DNA of 64,000 bases from Bdellovibrionales bacterium RIFOXYD12_FULL_39_22. Its GTDB lineage: Bacteria > Bdellovibrionota > Bacteriovoracia > Bacteriovoracales > Bacteriovoracaceae. How positions within the stretch are numbered: position 1 is the first letter of the stretch; every line of letters begins with the position of its first letter. The translations under genes and the position numbers were made by a program. The stretch lies in assembly GCA_001770205.1 (NCBI GenBank), contig MEQL01000049.1, positions 1 to 64,000 on the forward strand, read 5' to 3'. The notes beneath the pieces are model-generated. The model did no database searches. It was given only the letters and a program-made list of their open reading frames with translations, and was not told the origin of the DNA. Positions 6,908 to 17,729 of the stretch are shown one piece after another.

Positions 6908-9900
6908 ATGAAAAAAATCTCGCTACTATTTACTTTCTTCCTATCAATCACGCTGTGGGCCGCTCCGGCCAGCACCTCGCCGATTAAACTATATCACTCT
7001 CAGAAAGGGGTTAATGAATATTTACTGGCCTATCCCGTAAAATCAAAATGGGCCTTAGAAATTTTTCAACAAAATGAGGGAGCATTACAAAACAGAGTTG
7101 TTGAGAAATTTTTTAATACAAAAGCTCATCTACTAAACCATATAGAAAAAAACTATTCTCACTTTTCGCCAAGCAAGAAAAAATTAGCTTTCAAAGGCGT
7201 GTCCACTGAACTTATAGGAAGAAAAATTTGGGAAATAAAAAACAACTGGAATGCCGATTGGGAGCAAAAATACGCCGCCTGGATTCGTGAAAATTTAACA
7301 ACCACCTTCCTTGAGGAGAACAAAATTGCTACCGATTGTGCTGATGTCGCAGTAGTTTTGCGTTGGATTTTTGCTAGAATTAATTTTTTGCCAATGGCAA
7401 ATACTCTTAGCGGTTCCGGCGTTTTATTTTCAAATGAATCTTTCAAAAAAGAGTGGGGAGGTTTATCCAAGGCACCAACATGGCAGCAGGATGCACTTTT
7501 TATTAAAGCGTTAAACTACGTGGCCGACAATAGCTATACCCACTCCGTGGTGGCCGATTCATATCCAGTTAAAATTTCAGCCGACTCTTTGCTTCCTGGC
7601 GTTTTTCACATCGCACTCACTTATGAAAGTGGCCACACCAGGATGATCGGAAGAGTTTTTCTAGACTCCGATACTGAAGTGCCGATTCAATTCTTTGAGT
7701 CAACCGTTCCTCGCGAGGTAAGAGCTTTATCTCACACCATGTTTTTGGATGGACAATCGGTTCCATCTGTTTCGGAAGGTGGATTTATTCAGTTTCGCTG
7801 GGCAGAGAAAAAAGATGGAAAGATGGTGCTAAGAAAATCTACTTCTATGCCCAATTATTCTTTGGAACAATATACTCCCGAATTTATGGAGGGTGAGACA
7901 AATTTCGCGCTGGCCATCTATAAGCGAATTGCTCCTTTATTCAATCCAGAGGTGGCCATTGAAAAAGGTCTCGAGGATATTAAGGAACAAATAAAAAGGC
8001 GAATTGAAATTGTTCGTGAAGGATATCGCATCTGCCAAAAAGAAGATTGTTCTCCGGGAACTGCCAATTGGGAAAACTGGAGCACGCCTAGTAGGGATGC
8101 CCGGATTTTGGAAAAATATTATGAAATTGAAACTCTTGTTTCATTATTTGACAATTATGATCTCTGGAGGAAATTATTAGAAGAGGCCATTTTTGATATA
8201 GAGGGCATTTCTCGCTCCCTAAGTTTGATCATTAACTTTCGTCAAATAGAAATTGATTCTTCTGATCCGCGAGTGTCCATTGGCCAGCGCTGGGCCCTCT
8301 ATCCGGCCGACGTGGCGCAAAACTTAGAAACAGAAATCTTACCTATCCATCAAAAGCGCAAGCTCTTGATCGAAAAGCAAGAGCAAGTTGGAGCATGTAC
8401 GCAAAAAAGATGTTTGCCTTTGGATAAATTATGGAACGACTACAATTCCTTTGAACTTGACGGCCAAATTACCAACGTTCCAGGAAGGATAGCGCAATAC
8501 TGCTCCTACGTTGAAGAGACCGCTTGCAATGAATTAACAAAAGAGATGAAAAATCTATTCGTTGAAGGAGTTCGCTTAGATGACTACATAAAAAACGCCA
8601 TCTGGTTTATCTCCGATCCTAATTACGCCCACAATCTACGCTGGGGGAAGCAGGCCCAGAGCTTACGACATAAAGTTTTACCAACGCAACTATCGAGTCT
8701 TTTTGTTAGTAAATATGGTTTTGCTATCTACGATGGCATTACCTTTTCCAACTTGCCTAGCGGAGAGAGTGTAGAAAACATAGAGGGCACACAAGAGTTA
8801 ATTCCATACTTGGAATCACCGTTTATTATTGCCTCCGTAAATGGAGCAGAAAAAGGAGTATACTGTCGCCGATATGATGAACACTTCTGGAGCAGATTAA
8901 CCGAAAAGGAGGCCTTGGCCCGCGTAATCCGTATTTCTAAAAATCACCTGGCCTTTATTGATGCCGAAAATACCATAAAAATTTACCAATTTGACGAGAA
9001 TTGCAAGAATTTGCGCTTATTGCAGCTTATTTCAGAAGTAGAGTACATCGAAAAAATGGATGCACCAGCTTCCTCTTATTCTGATCTTCTTGTACTTAAG
9101 CGCTTGACCGATCAACAAAAAATTATTGTAGAAATCGTTAACAATGAATTAATTATCACGCCCATTCTGTTACCAGAAGATAATCTAGAGTTGGAATTTA
9201 TTTTTAATCTACACCAAAATTACGCAATCAATTACTATTCGGGATCTTCTGCCGAAGATGGAGATTTTAAAAGGATTTCTAGATTTATTGAAAAGAAAAG
9301 CGGAAGAGAATTATCCATTGCAGGAAAAGATTTTTCTTCTATTTTCTTGGAAAAAAAATTTCCCTCTAGCGGTTTGATCCTAGGACATCTTTCTGAAGAC
9401 GGAGAATCTTATTCAGACCTATTGTTCCAGATAGATTCGACAATGAACGTTTCCATTTTTTTAGAGTGTCCTAACGGGGAAATAAATGATTGGTTAGAAA
9501 AAAATGGCCGCCAATTCTTCTCTTGCCACAGATATGATGAGATAGACGATATAGAACAAAGCGCTGCCTATGAATTTAAGTCCAGAAAAATGATACCATT
9601 TAACCTCCTCGATGGTTTTAAAATTATTTCAAGTATGGGAGACAAGTTGTTAATTGAAAAAAAACAAGATAAAAGCAGATATATTTCTGATTTTGATCAA
9701 CACCATCTCGTTAAAATATCAACGAACAGCTTCCTTAGTCGGGCCAGCGTTCAGAAATCGTATCAACCCAAAATTGGGATTGACCTATTTTCCTCTAATT
9801 ATGAAGACTATAGTGGAGATAATTGGATAAATTTCTCTCTTTTGTTTTTAGTTAATGATTTATTTTTGCAAGAGCAAACTGCCAACCCTCTTGCTTCTGG

Positions 9901-10147
9901 ATCAATCTATTTTAACCCCTATTTTTCAAGCGGTGATGATGTTAGTAGTGATATTGAAATCAATGACGATATTGTTTTAAATCCACTCCCGGAACCTATG
10001 CCGGGGCCGATGCCTGTGCCAATTCCCGTACCGCTGCCTATGCGAAGAAAAAACGATCTGAATATTTCCGGCCCCCAATCATATGTTGAGAGAGGAGCGA
10101 TAGTTGTAATTAATGGACGCACTGTCTGGCTTGATGAGAATAATTAA
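6908..10147 (+). CDS. Large secreted hypothetical protein, possible papain/NlpC-like Cys-His domain
   Basis: Signal peptide; DCAD and GHTRMI motifs; WSTPSRD; Pro-rich C-terminal tract. Confidence 0.8.
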   Translation: MKKISLLFTFFLSITLWAAPASTSPIKLYHSQKGVNEYLLAYPVKSKWALEIFQQNEGALQNRVVEKFFNTKAHLLNHIEKNYSHFSPSKKKLAFKGVSTELIGRKIWEIKNNWNADWEQKYAAWIRENLTTTFLEENKIATDCADVAVVLRWIFARINFLPMANTLSGSGVLFSNESFKKEWGGLSKAPTWQQDALFIKALNYVADNSYTHSVVADSYPVKISADSLLPGVFHIALTYESGHTRMIGRVFLDSDTEVPIQFFESTVPREVRALSHTMFLDGQSVPSVSEGGFIQFRWAEKKDGKMVLRKSTSMPNYSLEQYTPEFMEGETNFALAIYKRIAPLFNPEVAIEKGLEDIKEQIKRRIEIVREGYRICQKEDCSPGTANWENWSTPSRDARILEKYYEIETLVSLFDNYDLWRKLLEEAIFDIEGISRSLSLIINFRQIEIDSSDPRVSIGQRWALYPADVAQNLETEILPIHQKRKLLIEKQEQVGACTQKRCLPLDKLWNDYNSFELDGQITNVPGRIAQYCSYVEETACNELTKEMKNLFVEGVRLDDYIKNAIWFISDPNYAHNLRWGKQAQSLRHKVLPTQLSSLFVSKYGFAIYDGITFSNLPSGESVENIEGTQELIPYLESPFIIASVNGAEKGVYCRRYDEHFWSRLTEKEALARVIRISKNHLAFIDAENTIKIYQFDENCKNLRLLQLISEVEYIEKMDAPASSYSDLLVLKRLTDQQKIIVEIVNNELIITPILLPEDNLELEFIFNLHQNYAINYYSGSSAEDGDFKRISRFIEKKSGRELSIAGKDFSSIFLEKKFPSSGLILGHLSEDGESYSDLLFQIDSTMNVSIFLECPNGEINDWLEKNGRQFFSCHRYDEIDDIEQSAAYEFKSRKMIPFNLLDGFKIISSMGDKLLIEKKQDKSRYISDFDQHHLVKISTNSFLSRASVQKSYQPKIGIDLFSSNYEDYSGDNWINFSLLFLVNDLFLQEQTANPLASGSIYFNPYFSSGDDVSSDIEINDDIVLNPLPEPMPGPMPVPIPVPLPMRRKNDLNISGPQSYVERGAIVVINGRTVWLDENN

Positions 10148-10173
10148 TAATAATATTACAACAGTACGATAAA

Positions 10174-12432
10174 TTAATCTTTGGCGTATAGACTCATTAA
10201 ACATTTCTGATGAGTCATGGGTGCCCATAGCTCTAATTTAAAATTAGGATTAAATTCACGCATAGCTTTTAATATGGCAAAGTAGGTTCCTATTCCATAC
10301 ATTAATGGAGGCTCTCCTACCGCCTTTGAGCCCAAAAGAGCTAGTGCATCGGGCCGGCCATCAAGCGCTTTTATTTCTAATGTTTTAGGTGAGAAGTAAA
10401 TATCTGGAACTTTATAACTAGAAAGCGAGTCATAGACATTAGTTCCCTTGCTGTCAATGAGAAGCTCCTCGATAGTCATTAGGCCAATTCCTTGTAACAG
10501 TGCCCCCTCAACCTGGCCGATATCAATATCTAGATTCATGCTATTGCCAAAATCATGAACTATTTTTACCAAATCAATTTCATAAGTCCCACGCAGACAA
10601 TCAACGGTGGCCACTGTAACGGCAGTACCATAGACATGATAAGCAAATGGATGGCCCTTTTCTGTTGTCTTATTAAAATGGATAAGCGGAGTAGCGTAAT
10701 GTGCATGCTCAGAAAGAGAGATGCGATTTTCATCCATAAGCACAATTAACTTTTCCCAAGTAAGTTCGGTTTTGATTCCATTGTGATAAACAATCTCATC
10801 TCGAATTTCAAACTCCGAAGGATCAACTCCTTTTAAGGCCGTACAGGCCATCCCCTTGAGTCTGGCCAAGAGGGCCTCGCAGGCCATAATCGTTGCCTTA
10901 CCATTCAAATCGGCACCCGAACTGGCGGCAGTAGGAGATGGATTGGCAATACGAGTAGTGTTAGTGCTATGAATAACAAAACGCTTGGGAGAAATAGAAA
11001 GCGTTTGGGCGGCAGCCTGCATAATTTTGGTATTAACTCCCTGGCCCATTTCTACTACTCCGGTGGTTATACTTACAGAACCATCTGTGTAGATATGAAC
11101 CAGTGAGCGTCCTTGATTAAGACTAGTTTTTGTGAAAGATATTCCAAAGCAGAGAGGAAAAATAGAGATCCCTTTTTTGAAAAGGGTATTTTTTTTATTA
11201 AAGTCGATTACGCCTTTGCTAAGAGCTTCCACCTCAAAATTTTTCATCGCCAATTCAAAACAGCGGCCGGCATTGCAGTTTTTCGCAATTTGTCCGTAAG
11301 AAAACTCATCTCCATCGCGCAATAGATTTCTCCGTTGAATTTCCAGGGGATCAATCTTTAAAACAGAGGCCGCCTTCATAATGGCCGCTTCCATGGCAAA
11401 CATAGCTTGCGGGGCCCCAAATCCTCGAAAGGCCGTGTTGGGAGGGAGATGGGTTTTGCAGGAGTGGCAAGTAATTTTGGCATTTGGTATGTTGTAGCTA
11501 CCGGTGCCATGAAAGAGTGTTCGCTCCATTACTGCTGGCGATACGTCGGCCGAGGCCCCAGCATTTTGGAAGGCCTCCATTTGATAGCAGATAATTTTAT
11601 AATCCGAGGAAAGGCCAATTTTAAAATCAAAGGAGTAAGGATGGCGTTTGCCTGTCATGCGAATATCATCTGCACGGGACAAAACAAGCTTTACCGGTTT
11701 TTTATGTAAGTAGGAGGCCATGGCGGCCAGGCAGGCCCAGGGAGATGCTTGATCCTCTTTACCGCCAAAACCTCCACCAATACGATTAACATCCACTTCT
11801 ATTTTATGCATGGGAATTCCCAATACTTTGGCCGCTGCTCGCTGCACGTACTTCGTGGCCTGCGTGGAAGAGTGAATCATAATTTGGCCATTTTCTAACA
11901 AGTAGGAATATGCTCCTTGCGTCTCCAGATAAACATGTTCTTGCCCTCCCATTTCCGCCTGTCCTTCAATCACATGAGCGCACTTATTCCACTCCTTTTC
12001 AATCTCTCCAATCTTAAAAGTGCGAGAGGGACAAATAAAACTATGTGCTTTATGAGCATCACGAGCAGTGACAAGAGGAGGAAGTTCTTCAATCTCCAAT
12101 TTTATTTTGGACAGTGCCTTGCGCGCCTGTTTTTCACTTTGCGCACAAACAATGGCCACCGGCATTCCAATGAACTCTACATGTTTGTCGGCCATAAGTT
12201 CTTCATCTTGGATAATGCTCCCGATCTGATTTTCTCCAGGAATATCTTTTGCCGTAAAAACGGCCTCGACGCCCTCCATTTTTAAAGCTTCCGAATAATC
12301 GATGCTTTTTAATTTTCCATGCGCAATTGGAGATCCTAAAACTACCGCACAAAGTGTATCTTGACGCACAGGTATGTCGTTTACGTAAATTGATTCTCCA
12401 CGGACGTGAGGATTGGAGTCTATATTTTTCAT
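10174..12432 (-). CDS. xdhB: Xanthine dehydrogenase molybdopterin-binding subunit
   Basis: GGQEHVYLE, GGGFGGKE, TAFRGFG, EMGQG, SKAVGEPPL. Confidence 0.95.
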   Translation of the reverse strand: MKNIDSNPHVRGESIYVNDIPVRQDTLCAVVLGSPIAHGKLKSIDYSEALKMEGVEAVFTAKDIPGENQIGSIIQDEELMADKHVEFIGMPVAIVCAQSEKQARKALSKIKLEIEELPPLVTARDAHKAHSFICPSRTFKIGEIEKEWNKCAHVIEGQAEMGGQEHVYLETQGAYSYLLENGQIMIHSSTQATKYVQRAAAKVLGIPMHKIEVDVNRIGGGFGGKEDQASPWACLAAMASYLHKKPVKLVLSRADDIRMTGKRHPYSFDFKIGLSSDYKIICYQMEAFQNAGASADVSPAVMERTLFHGTGSYNIPNAKITCHSCKTHLPPNTAFRGFGAPQAMFAMEAAIMKAASVLKIDPLEIQRRNLLRDGDEFSYGQIAKNCNAGRCFELAMKNFEVEALSKGVIDFNKKNTLFKKGISIFPLCFGISFTKTSLNQGRSLVHIYTDGSVSITTGVVEMGQGVNTKIMQAAAQTLSISPKRFVIHSTNTTRIANPSPTAASSGADLNGKATIMACEALLARLKGMACTALKGVDPSEFEIRDEIVYHNGIKTELTWEKLIVLMDENRISLSEHAHYATPLIHFNKTTEKGHPFAYHVYGTAVTVATVDCLRGTYEIDLVKIVHDFGNSMNLDIDIGQVEGALLQGIGLMTIEELLIDSKGTNVYDSLSSYKVPDIYFSPKTLEIKALDGRPDALALLGSKAVGEPPLMYGIGTYFAILKAMREFNPNFKLELWAPMTHQKCLMSLYAKD

Positions 12433-13832
12433 CGTAATGCCTCTAACGAAATAGTTTTGGGAGAAAAATTCATCAAGTGAATGAAAAGTTGTTGGCGCAC
12501 AAGTGCTCTCTTATACTCGGCGCGACTGCGAGGAGTAATTTCACCTTGGGCAATTTGATTAGCGGCCTTAAATGTTTCATTGTTAATTTTTTTACCTACA
12601 AGATGAGTACAGGTTTTATCCAAAAGACGGATGGTGGGCCCCAATCCTCCTATAGTGATAGATACTTTTTTTATCGTATCACCGTCTAATACTAGGCGCA
12701 TGGCAGAATTAACCGTGGCCATATCCAAATGCACGCGCTTACTAATTTTCTCGAAGCTAAAATGAGTATTATTATCCGGAAGATCAAAGTATATCCATTG
12801 GATAAATTCTTCTGGATCACGATTGGTTTTTTTATATCCTTGAAAAAAATCCGCTAATCGAACTTCGCGCGATTTTCCCTTAAGATCCATAATTAAAATG
12901 GCATCCAGGGCCATCAGCATTACTGAAAGATCACCAATTGGAGAACCATTGGCAATATTTCCACCCACCGTTGCCATATTGCGAATAGGTAGTGATGCCA
13001 TCAAATCTAAATATTGGCCCATCTTCGGAAAAAATTTAGCAAACTCTTTAGACTCTTTAAGATCACTGACGGTGGTGGCCGATCCCAAATAACAACGGCC
13101 ATTTTCAAATTTAATTTTCCTAAAGTCACTAGCTCCATAAACCAAATTTGAATTCTGCTCTTCTGCTTTCTCTGGGTCTTGTAACAGCAAATCTGTTCCC
13201 CCGGCAATTATATATCCGTTCTCTTTAACTTTTACGGCCACAGAAGGATTGATCTTCTTTAAGCGTAAGGAGATGTCTAAAAAATATTTGGGCAAAAATT
13301 TATTATGCACCAACCAAGCTATTCTCTCCTCCGTACCACTTGTTGGCATGTTTTTTAGTTGGCCAACAATAACATCAGCAGCTCGCTCTATGGATTTATA
13401 TCCCGTACAGCGACAAATATTTCCGGCCAACGCCTCGATAGCATTGGCCTGGTTTTTTTCTTTTTCTGATAGAGCAAACCCATATAACGAAAGTATAAAT
13501 CCCGGAGTGCAAAAACCACATTGGGTGGCATTTTTTTCTACGATCTCTGACTGAATAGGTGTCAAATCCTTCCCGTTTATTCCTTCGATAGTAACTATGT
13601 GTTTATTATTGGCATTCCCTAGTGGCATCAGACATGACGCCATTGTCTGATAGCGAAGGGGTTGGCCCTCTGCCATATCTCCTACTAAGATGGTGCAAGC
13701 CCCACAGTCTCCTTCTCGACAACCAATTTTAGTTCCGTAAAGGTGCAATCCATCCCTAACAAAATCTACCAAGGAACTTCCGGAAGATAATTCGGTTTTT
13801 ATTTCTCGATCATTTACGATAAAATTTAGCAT
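12429..13832 (-). CDS. xdhA: Xanthine dehydrogenase 2Fe-2S/FAD subunit
   Basis: GCREGDCGAC, QCGFCTPG, GNICRCTGY, AGGTDL, IRNMATVGGN. Confidence 0.95.
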   Translation of the reverse strand: MLNFIVNDREIKTELSSGSSLVDFVRDGLHLYGTKIGCREGDCGACTILVGDMAEGQPLRYQTMASCLMPLGNANNKHIVTIEGINGKDLTPIQSEIVEKNATQCGFCTPGFILSLYGFALSEKEKNQANAIEALAGNICRCTGYKSIERAADVIVGQLKNMPTSGTEERIAWLVHNKFLPKYFLDISLRLKKINPSVAVKVKENGYIIAGGTDLLLQDPEKAEEQNSNLVYGASDFRKIKFENGRCYLGSATTVSDLKESKEFAKFFPKMGQYLDLMASLPIRNMATVGGNIANGSPIGDLSVMLMALDAILIMDLKGKSREVRLADFFQGYKKTNRDPEEFIQWIYFDLPDNNTHFSFEKISKRVHLDMATVNSAMRLVLDGDTIKKVSITIGGLGPTIRLLDKTCTHLVGKKINNETFKAANQIAQGEITPRSRAEYKRALVRQQLFIHLMNFSPKTISLEALR

Positions 13833-14658
13833 GCAAAGCACCGCCAGCGAGATATTTTTTCAGTAATTTTTTCATAACAGGAGAGGCAGCAATATCAACT
13901 GCTTCTTGATCTACAATCGCCCCATGCTTTAGAAGATATTCAAACTCCCAAATATCTGCTTCCGAAAAAATAGAAGTCTCATTGGCCACATCAATACCAA
14001 ATTTCAAAGCGGTGTAGCCAAAATATTTATCTTCTAAATTCAACGAGGCACCTAAATCAACTAGCAATTGAACCTCTCGTCCCTTAAACCCACAGCCTTC
14101 TTGTGGAACACATGTTTGAGACATTGCCACCATCAATGGTGTATATCCACTTTTATCTTGGGCATTAATGTTAAGCCCACTTTTAACTAGCGTTTCAAAG
14201 ATTTGCCCTGCATTGCTACGGCCATTTTCCAACGCAATATGCAACAGAGACTCTCCATTGTCGTGATAAGTGTCGTTAAGATTTGCCCCAAATTTTATAA
14301 AAAGATTAAGAAGATTATTATTTCTATGTAATAAAACGGCATAAAAAAGAGCATTGGAACCTGTAGCGCTTTTCTTATTGGGATCCGCCCCTTTTTCCAA
14401 AAGTAATTTTGCCACTTCCATATATCGATCATTTGGATTTTCTAATTTAAAGCTAACTTCCATAAGCGGAGTGGAGTTATAAAACTCTGGATTTGCGATG
14501 TTCACATCGATGCCACTATTGATTAACTCAATAATCTTGTCGTAATCATCATTATCGAAGTACTCAAAAATCATCAACGGATTACTTGCCGCCTTGGCCT
14601 CTATGGCCCAGGAAAAAGAAGATAAAAACAAGGATAAAAGAATGGTTAATTTAAGCAT
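13810..14658 (-). CDS. Secreted ankyrin-repeat protein
   Basis: Signal peptide, GGAGG RBS; repeated TPLM/LLxxGADxN ankyrin motifs. Confidence 0.88.
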   Translation of the reverse strand: MLKLTILLSLFLSSFSWAIEAKAASNPLMIFEYFDNDDYDKIIELINSGIDVNIANPEFYNSTPLMEVSFKLENPNDRYMEVAKLLLEKGADPNKKSATGSNALFYAVLLHRNNNLLNLFIKFGANLNDTYHDNGESLLHIALENGRSNAGQIFETLVKSGLNINAQDKSGYTPLMVAMSQTCVPQEGCGFKGREVQLLVDLGASLNLEDKYFGYTALKFGIDVANETSIFSEADIWEFEYLLKHGAIVDQEAVDIAASPVMKKLLKKYLAGGALHAKFYRK

Positions 14659-14803
14659 CAATACCTCCATGTAAGAGTTACAAAAATACCAGGATTCATC
14701 ATAGAATAGATTTTACATCGTTGTAAACTTGGTTGTATAACAGGGCACGACATAACTGTTTTACTCAACAATTGTTTGCATCTGCCAATAATAGGGGTCT
14801 GCA

Positions 14804-15853
14804 ATGAAATACCGCTGGATAGCTTTTTTTATGGTGGCCTTTTTTGTTGGCCGGCCGCTCATGGCGTTTTATGATGGAAAGATAGAGCACACCTTTTCAA
14901 TAAGTGCCCCGACGGCCTTGCAGGTCTTTCTCGTAGGAGAAATGAATAACTGGCAAGAAGCAACCTTACCAATGGAAAAAGACGCTAGTGGTGTTTGGAA
15001 ATTAACACTTTCTCTGGAGGCCGGACGCTGGATGTATAAGTTTGTCGTTGATGGAGTTTGGCAATGCGATGAAAACAACCCCAATCGTCGCGCTGATGGT
15101 TTTGGAGGGTTTAACTCAATCGTAGTTCTTGGCACCTTCGAAGATTATGGCAACTTTAATCCGGCCGTTGCACATGGAGATGTTTTCGCAATAACAATTT
15201 TTAGCACAATTCTCAATGATAATATTTCTTTTAACGTCTACACCCCTCCTCGCTACCCAGAAGAGTCTTCCGCCAGTTTCCCTGTTTTATTTCTTTTGCA
15301 TGGTTATGGAATGAATGAACGACAATGGTTTGATGACGGATTAATAAATAATTATCTGGACAATCTAATCGATGCAAAAAAAATCACTCCATTTATTGTT
15401 GTAACTCCGAGTGTCGGAACGGCCGGTTATCGTGGCAAGCAAGAGAGAGCGATTGTTGAAGAGATCTATCCCCACATTCAAAAGACATTTCGCATAAAAA
15501 AAGGAAAGGAGTCCACTGCCATAGCGGGTATTTCCATGGGGGGCCTTGGCGCCTTCGATTTGGCCTATGCTCACCAAGATATTTTTGGATTGGCAATTCC
15601 CATTAGTGGGATTTTTTATGACAAATATATGGAACTTTATTTGGAGGAAGTATTTCATATCTACTTTCAATTAAAAATTTATGTTGGTACGGAAGATTCT
15701 GAAATTTTTGCCGCCAACGAAAACTTGATTGAACGATTAAAAAATGATCGGGCCCCATTCTCTTACACGCCCTCCAAGGGGGCACATACTTGGCGCTACT
15801 GGAATAGTATAACGGAAAATTTTCTCTCTGATGCTGCGACTTTTTTTAAATGA
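14804..15853 (+). CDS. CBM48-like glycogen-binding domain fused to alpha/beta-hydrolase esterase
   Basis: GEMNNW..YKFVVDGVW; LLHG, GISMGG nucleophile elbow, GAHTWRYW. Confidence 0.88.
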   Translation: MKYRWIAFFMVAFFVGRPLMAFYDGKIEHTFSISAPTALQVFLVGEMNNWQEATLPMEKDASGVWKLTLSLEAGRWMYKFVVDGVWQCDENNPNRRADGFGGFNSIVVLGTFEDYGNFNPAVAHGDVFAITIFSTILNDNISFNVYTPPRYPEESSASFPVLFLLHGYGMNERQWFDDGLINNYLDNLIDAKKITPFIVVTPSVGTAGYRGKQERAIVEEIYPHIQKTFRIKKGKESTAIAGISMGGLGAFDLAYAHQDIFGLAIPISGIFYDKYMELYLEEVFHIYFQLKIYVGTEDSEIFAANENLIERLKNDRAPFSYTPSKGAHTWRYWNSITENFLSDAATFFK

Positions 15854-15857
15854 GATA

Positions 15858-17612
15858 TTATACTTGTCGTCTAAAGCTTATTGAAAAAATAGTTCCCTTT
15901 GACAAAAACGATGTAACCTTAATTTCACCCTGCATTTGCTGAACAAAAGAGTGAACGATGGCCAATCCAAGGCCAGTTCCCTTGCCGGTCTCTTTGGTTG
16001 TATAAAAAGCATCGAATATTTTATCGAGATTATCCGGGGCAATACCAACACCATTATCTTCTATCGAAATAATTACTTTATTATCGACAATTTCAGAGCG
16101 AACAGTGATTTGGCCATGAGGTGATTTGGCCACGGCGTCTTTGGCATTAGCAAGAATATTGGTAAAAATCTGCTGCATTTTTTGCGCATTCCCCATGCAA
16201 CAAACAGCTTCTGGTGCTAAGTCTAATTTAAAATCAATTTGAGATTGCTTATATATCTCTCCCAGAAGAAGAAAAATATTTTTCAAAACATTGTTTAAAT
16301 CAATTTTAGAAATTGATTCAGTATCTCCTTGTGAATAATAGCGCAGGCCATTTACGATATCGTTAATTCGTTTAATAGAAATATCAATCGCTGGTAAAAA
16401 TTTACCGCTTATTAATTCGTACTGCTCAGTGGTTATTTCTATTCGCGAGAGAAGCATTTTTCCAATTACCTTAAAGTATCCGTTAATTATGGTCATGGGA
16501 TTATTAATTTCGTGTCCAATTCCCTGGGCCAACTCTCCGATGGATGCCAATTTACTATTTTGAAAAAGTTGCTTTTGCATCTCTTCTTTTTCACGTTGGT
16601 GGGCAATGGCATCAGACATGTCCGTAATTATTAACAGTGTCTGTTCTTCATCTGGCCGGCCATCGGCAGACAGCGGAGTAATGGTGGCCATTCCGGGAAT
16701 TTTCTCCCCTTGCTTGGTTTTTACCGCAAATTCCATGGAGGAACGCATGCGAATGTTCTCCAGCGAATATTCTGGAAAATCGATAAACTCTGTTACCGGC
16801 CGCAGGCCTATTTCACTACTGCTGTACCCTAAGCGCTTTTTAGTTGCCTGATTGGCAGCAATCACTTTCCCTGCATTGTCTATAATAATCAACATGCTGG
16901 GCATCGAATTTATGATCAATTCCATGTATCCTTTGGAAACAGTCGTTTTTTCCAAAGAAAATCCTAGCTGTTGTATTCGCAAAAAAAGTTCTGTCCATTC
17001 ATTATCACCGCCACTTTTAAAATCGACATCATAGCGGCCGGAACGCATTCTGGTGATGGCCTGAAGTAGTAGACTTATGGGAGAAAATGCTTTTTTTCTT
17101 ATGGCCAGAACAATCAAGATCACAACAAAGGGAACGGAAAAAATATTTATCATCGAATAAAAGAGAGCATTTCCTATTAGATCATACAGATGAGATTCAA
17201 AATCAAACCCAATTCTCAAATGTCCAAACAATTTCCCGTTGTGTTCTATTTCCGCAGTGTAATAAACAAGATTAGACTTAGCGGCATGTCCAACACGCTT
17301 ATTCGCACTCTCCTCGGAAATTAGTGGTTTCTTTTTATCATCATAAAACATTACATACTCTACCCGATTATTAAAAAGTAGATTTTTAGCAAAGTGGGCC
17401 AAAGACAGATGATCAAAATTTATGTAGTAGTGGGTAGAATAATTTTTGGCAAAGGCCACAATTTCCTCCCCCCTTTTGATTTCTGCCTTTTTCTTTGTTT
17501 GGTAAGAAAAATATAGCTGAATGCTATTAATGAAAGCATTTATGGCAAGCAACCCTAAAATTAATGGGAAAATAAACTGTCGTTCAACTTTTAATAATTT
17601 TAAGGCCGCCAT
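15858..17612 (-). CDS. Membrane sensor histidine kinase (HAMP-PAS-HisKA-HATPase)
   Basis: Two TM segments, GHEINNP H-box, NAKDA, DNGVGI, GTGLGL. Confidence 0.93.
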   Translation of the reverse strand: MAALKLLKVERQFIFPLILGLLAINAFINSIQLYFSYQTKKKAEIKRGEEIVAFAKNYSTHYYINFDHLSLAHFAKNLLFNNRVEYVMFYDDKKKPLISEESANKRVGHAAKSNLVYYTAEIEHNGKLFGHLRIGFDFESHLYDLIGNALFYSMINIFSVPFVVILIVLAIRKKAFSPISLLLQAITRMRSGRYDVDFKSGGDNEWTELFLRIQQLGFSLEKTTVSKGYMELIINSMPSMLIIIDNAGKVIAANQATKKRLGYSSSEIGLRPVTEFIDFPEYSLENIRMRSSMEFAVKTKQGEKIPGMATITPLSADGRPDEEQTLLIITDMSDAIAHQREKEEMQKQLFQNSKLASIGELAQGIGHEINNPMTIINGYFKVIGKMLLSRIEITTEQYELISGKFLPAIDISIKRINDIVNGLRYYSQGDTESISKIDLNNVLKNIFLLLGEIYKQSQIDFKLDLAPEAVCCMGNAQKMQQIFTNILANAKDAVAKSPHGQITVRSEIVDNKVIISIEDNGVGIAPDNLDKIFDAFYTTKETGKGTGLGLAIVHSFVQQMQGEIKVTSFLSKGTIFSISFRRQV

Positions 17613-17729
17613 ATAGAAGTTATTCGGAATAAGAAGATGAAACTACAGCTTTACTGCAAAATAATTTTACAATGGCAAAATAACCTAACAAAATGGTTTT
17701 ATAACGTGCGCAATTATTGATTGTTTTGA

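Noticed and set aside
6514..6987. 157-aa ORF
   Set aside because: No RBS or motifs; covers the AbiEi operator region and overlaps the next gene
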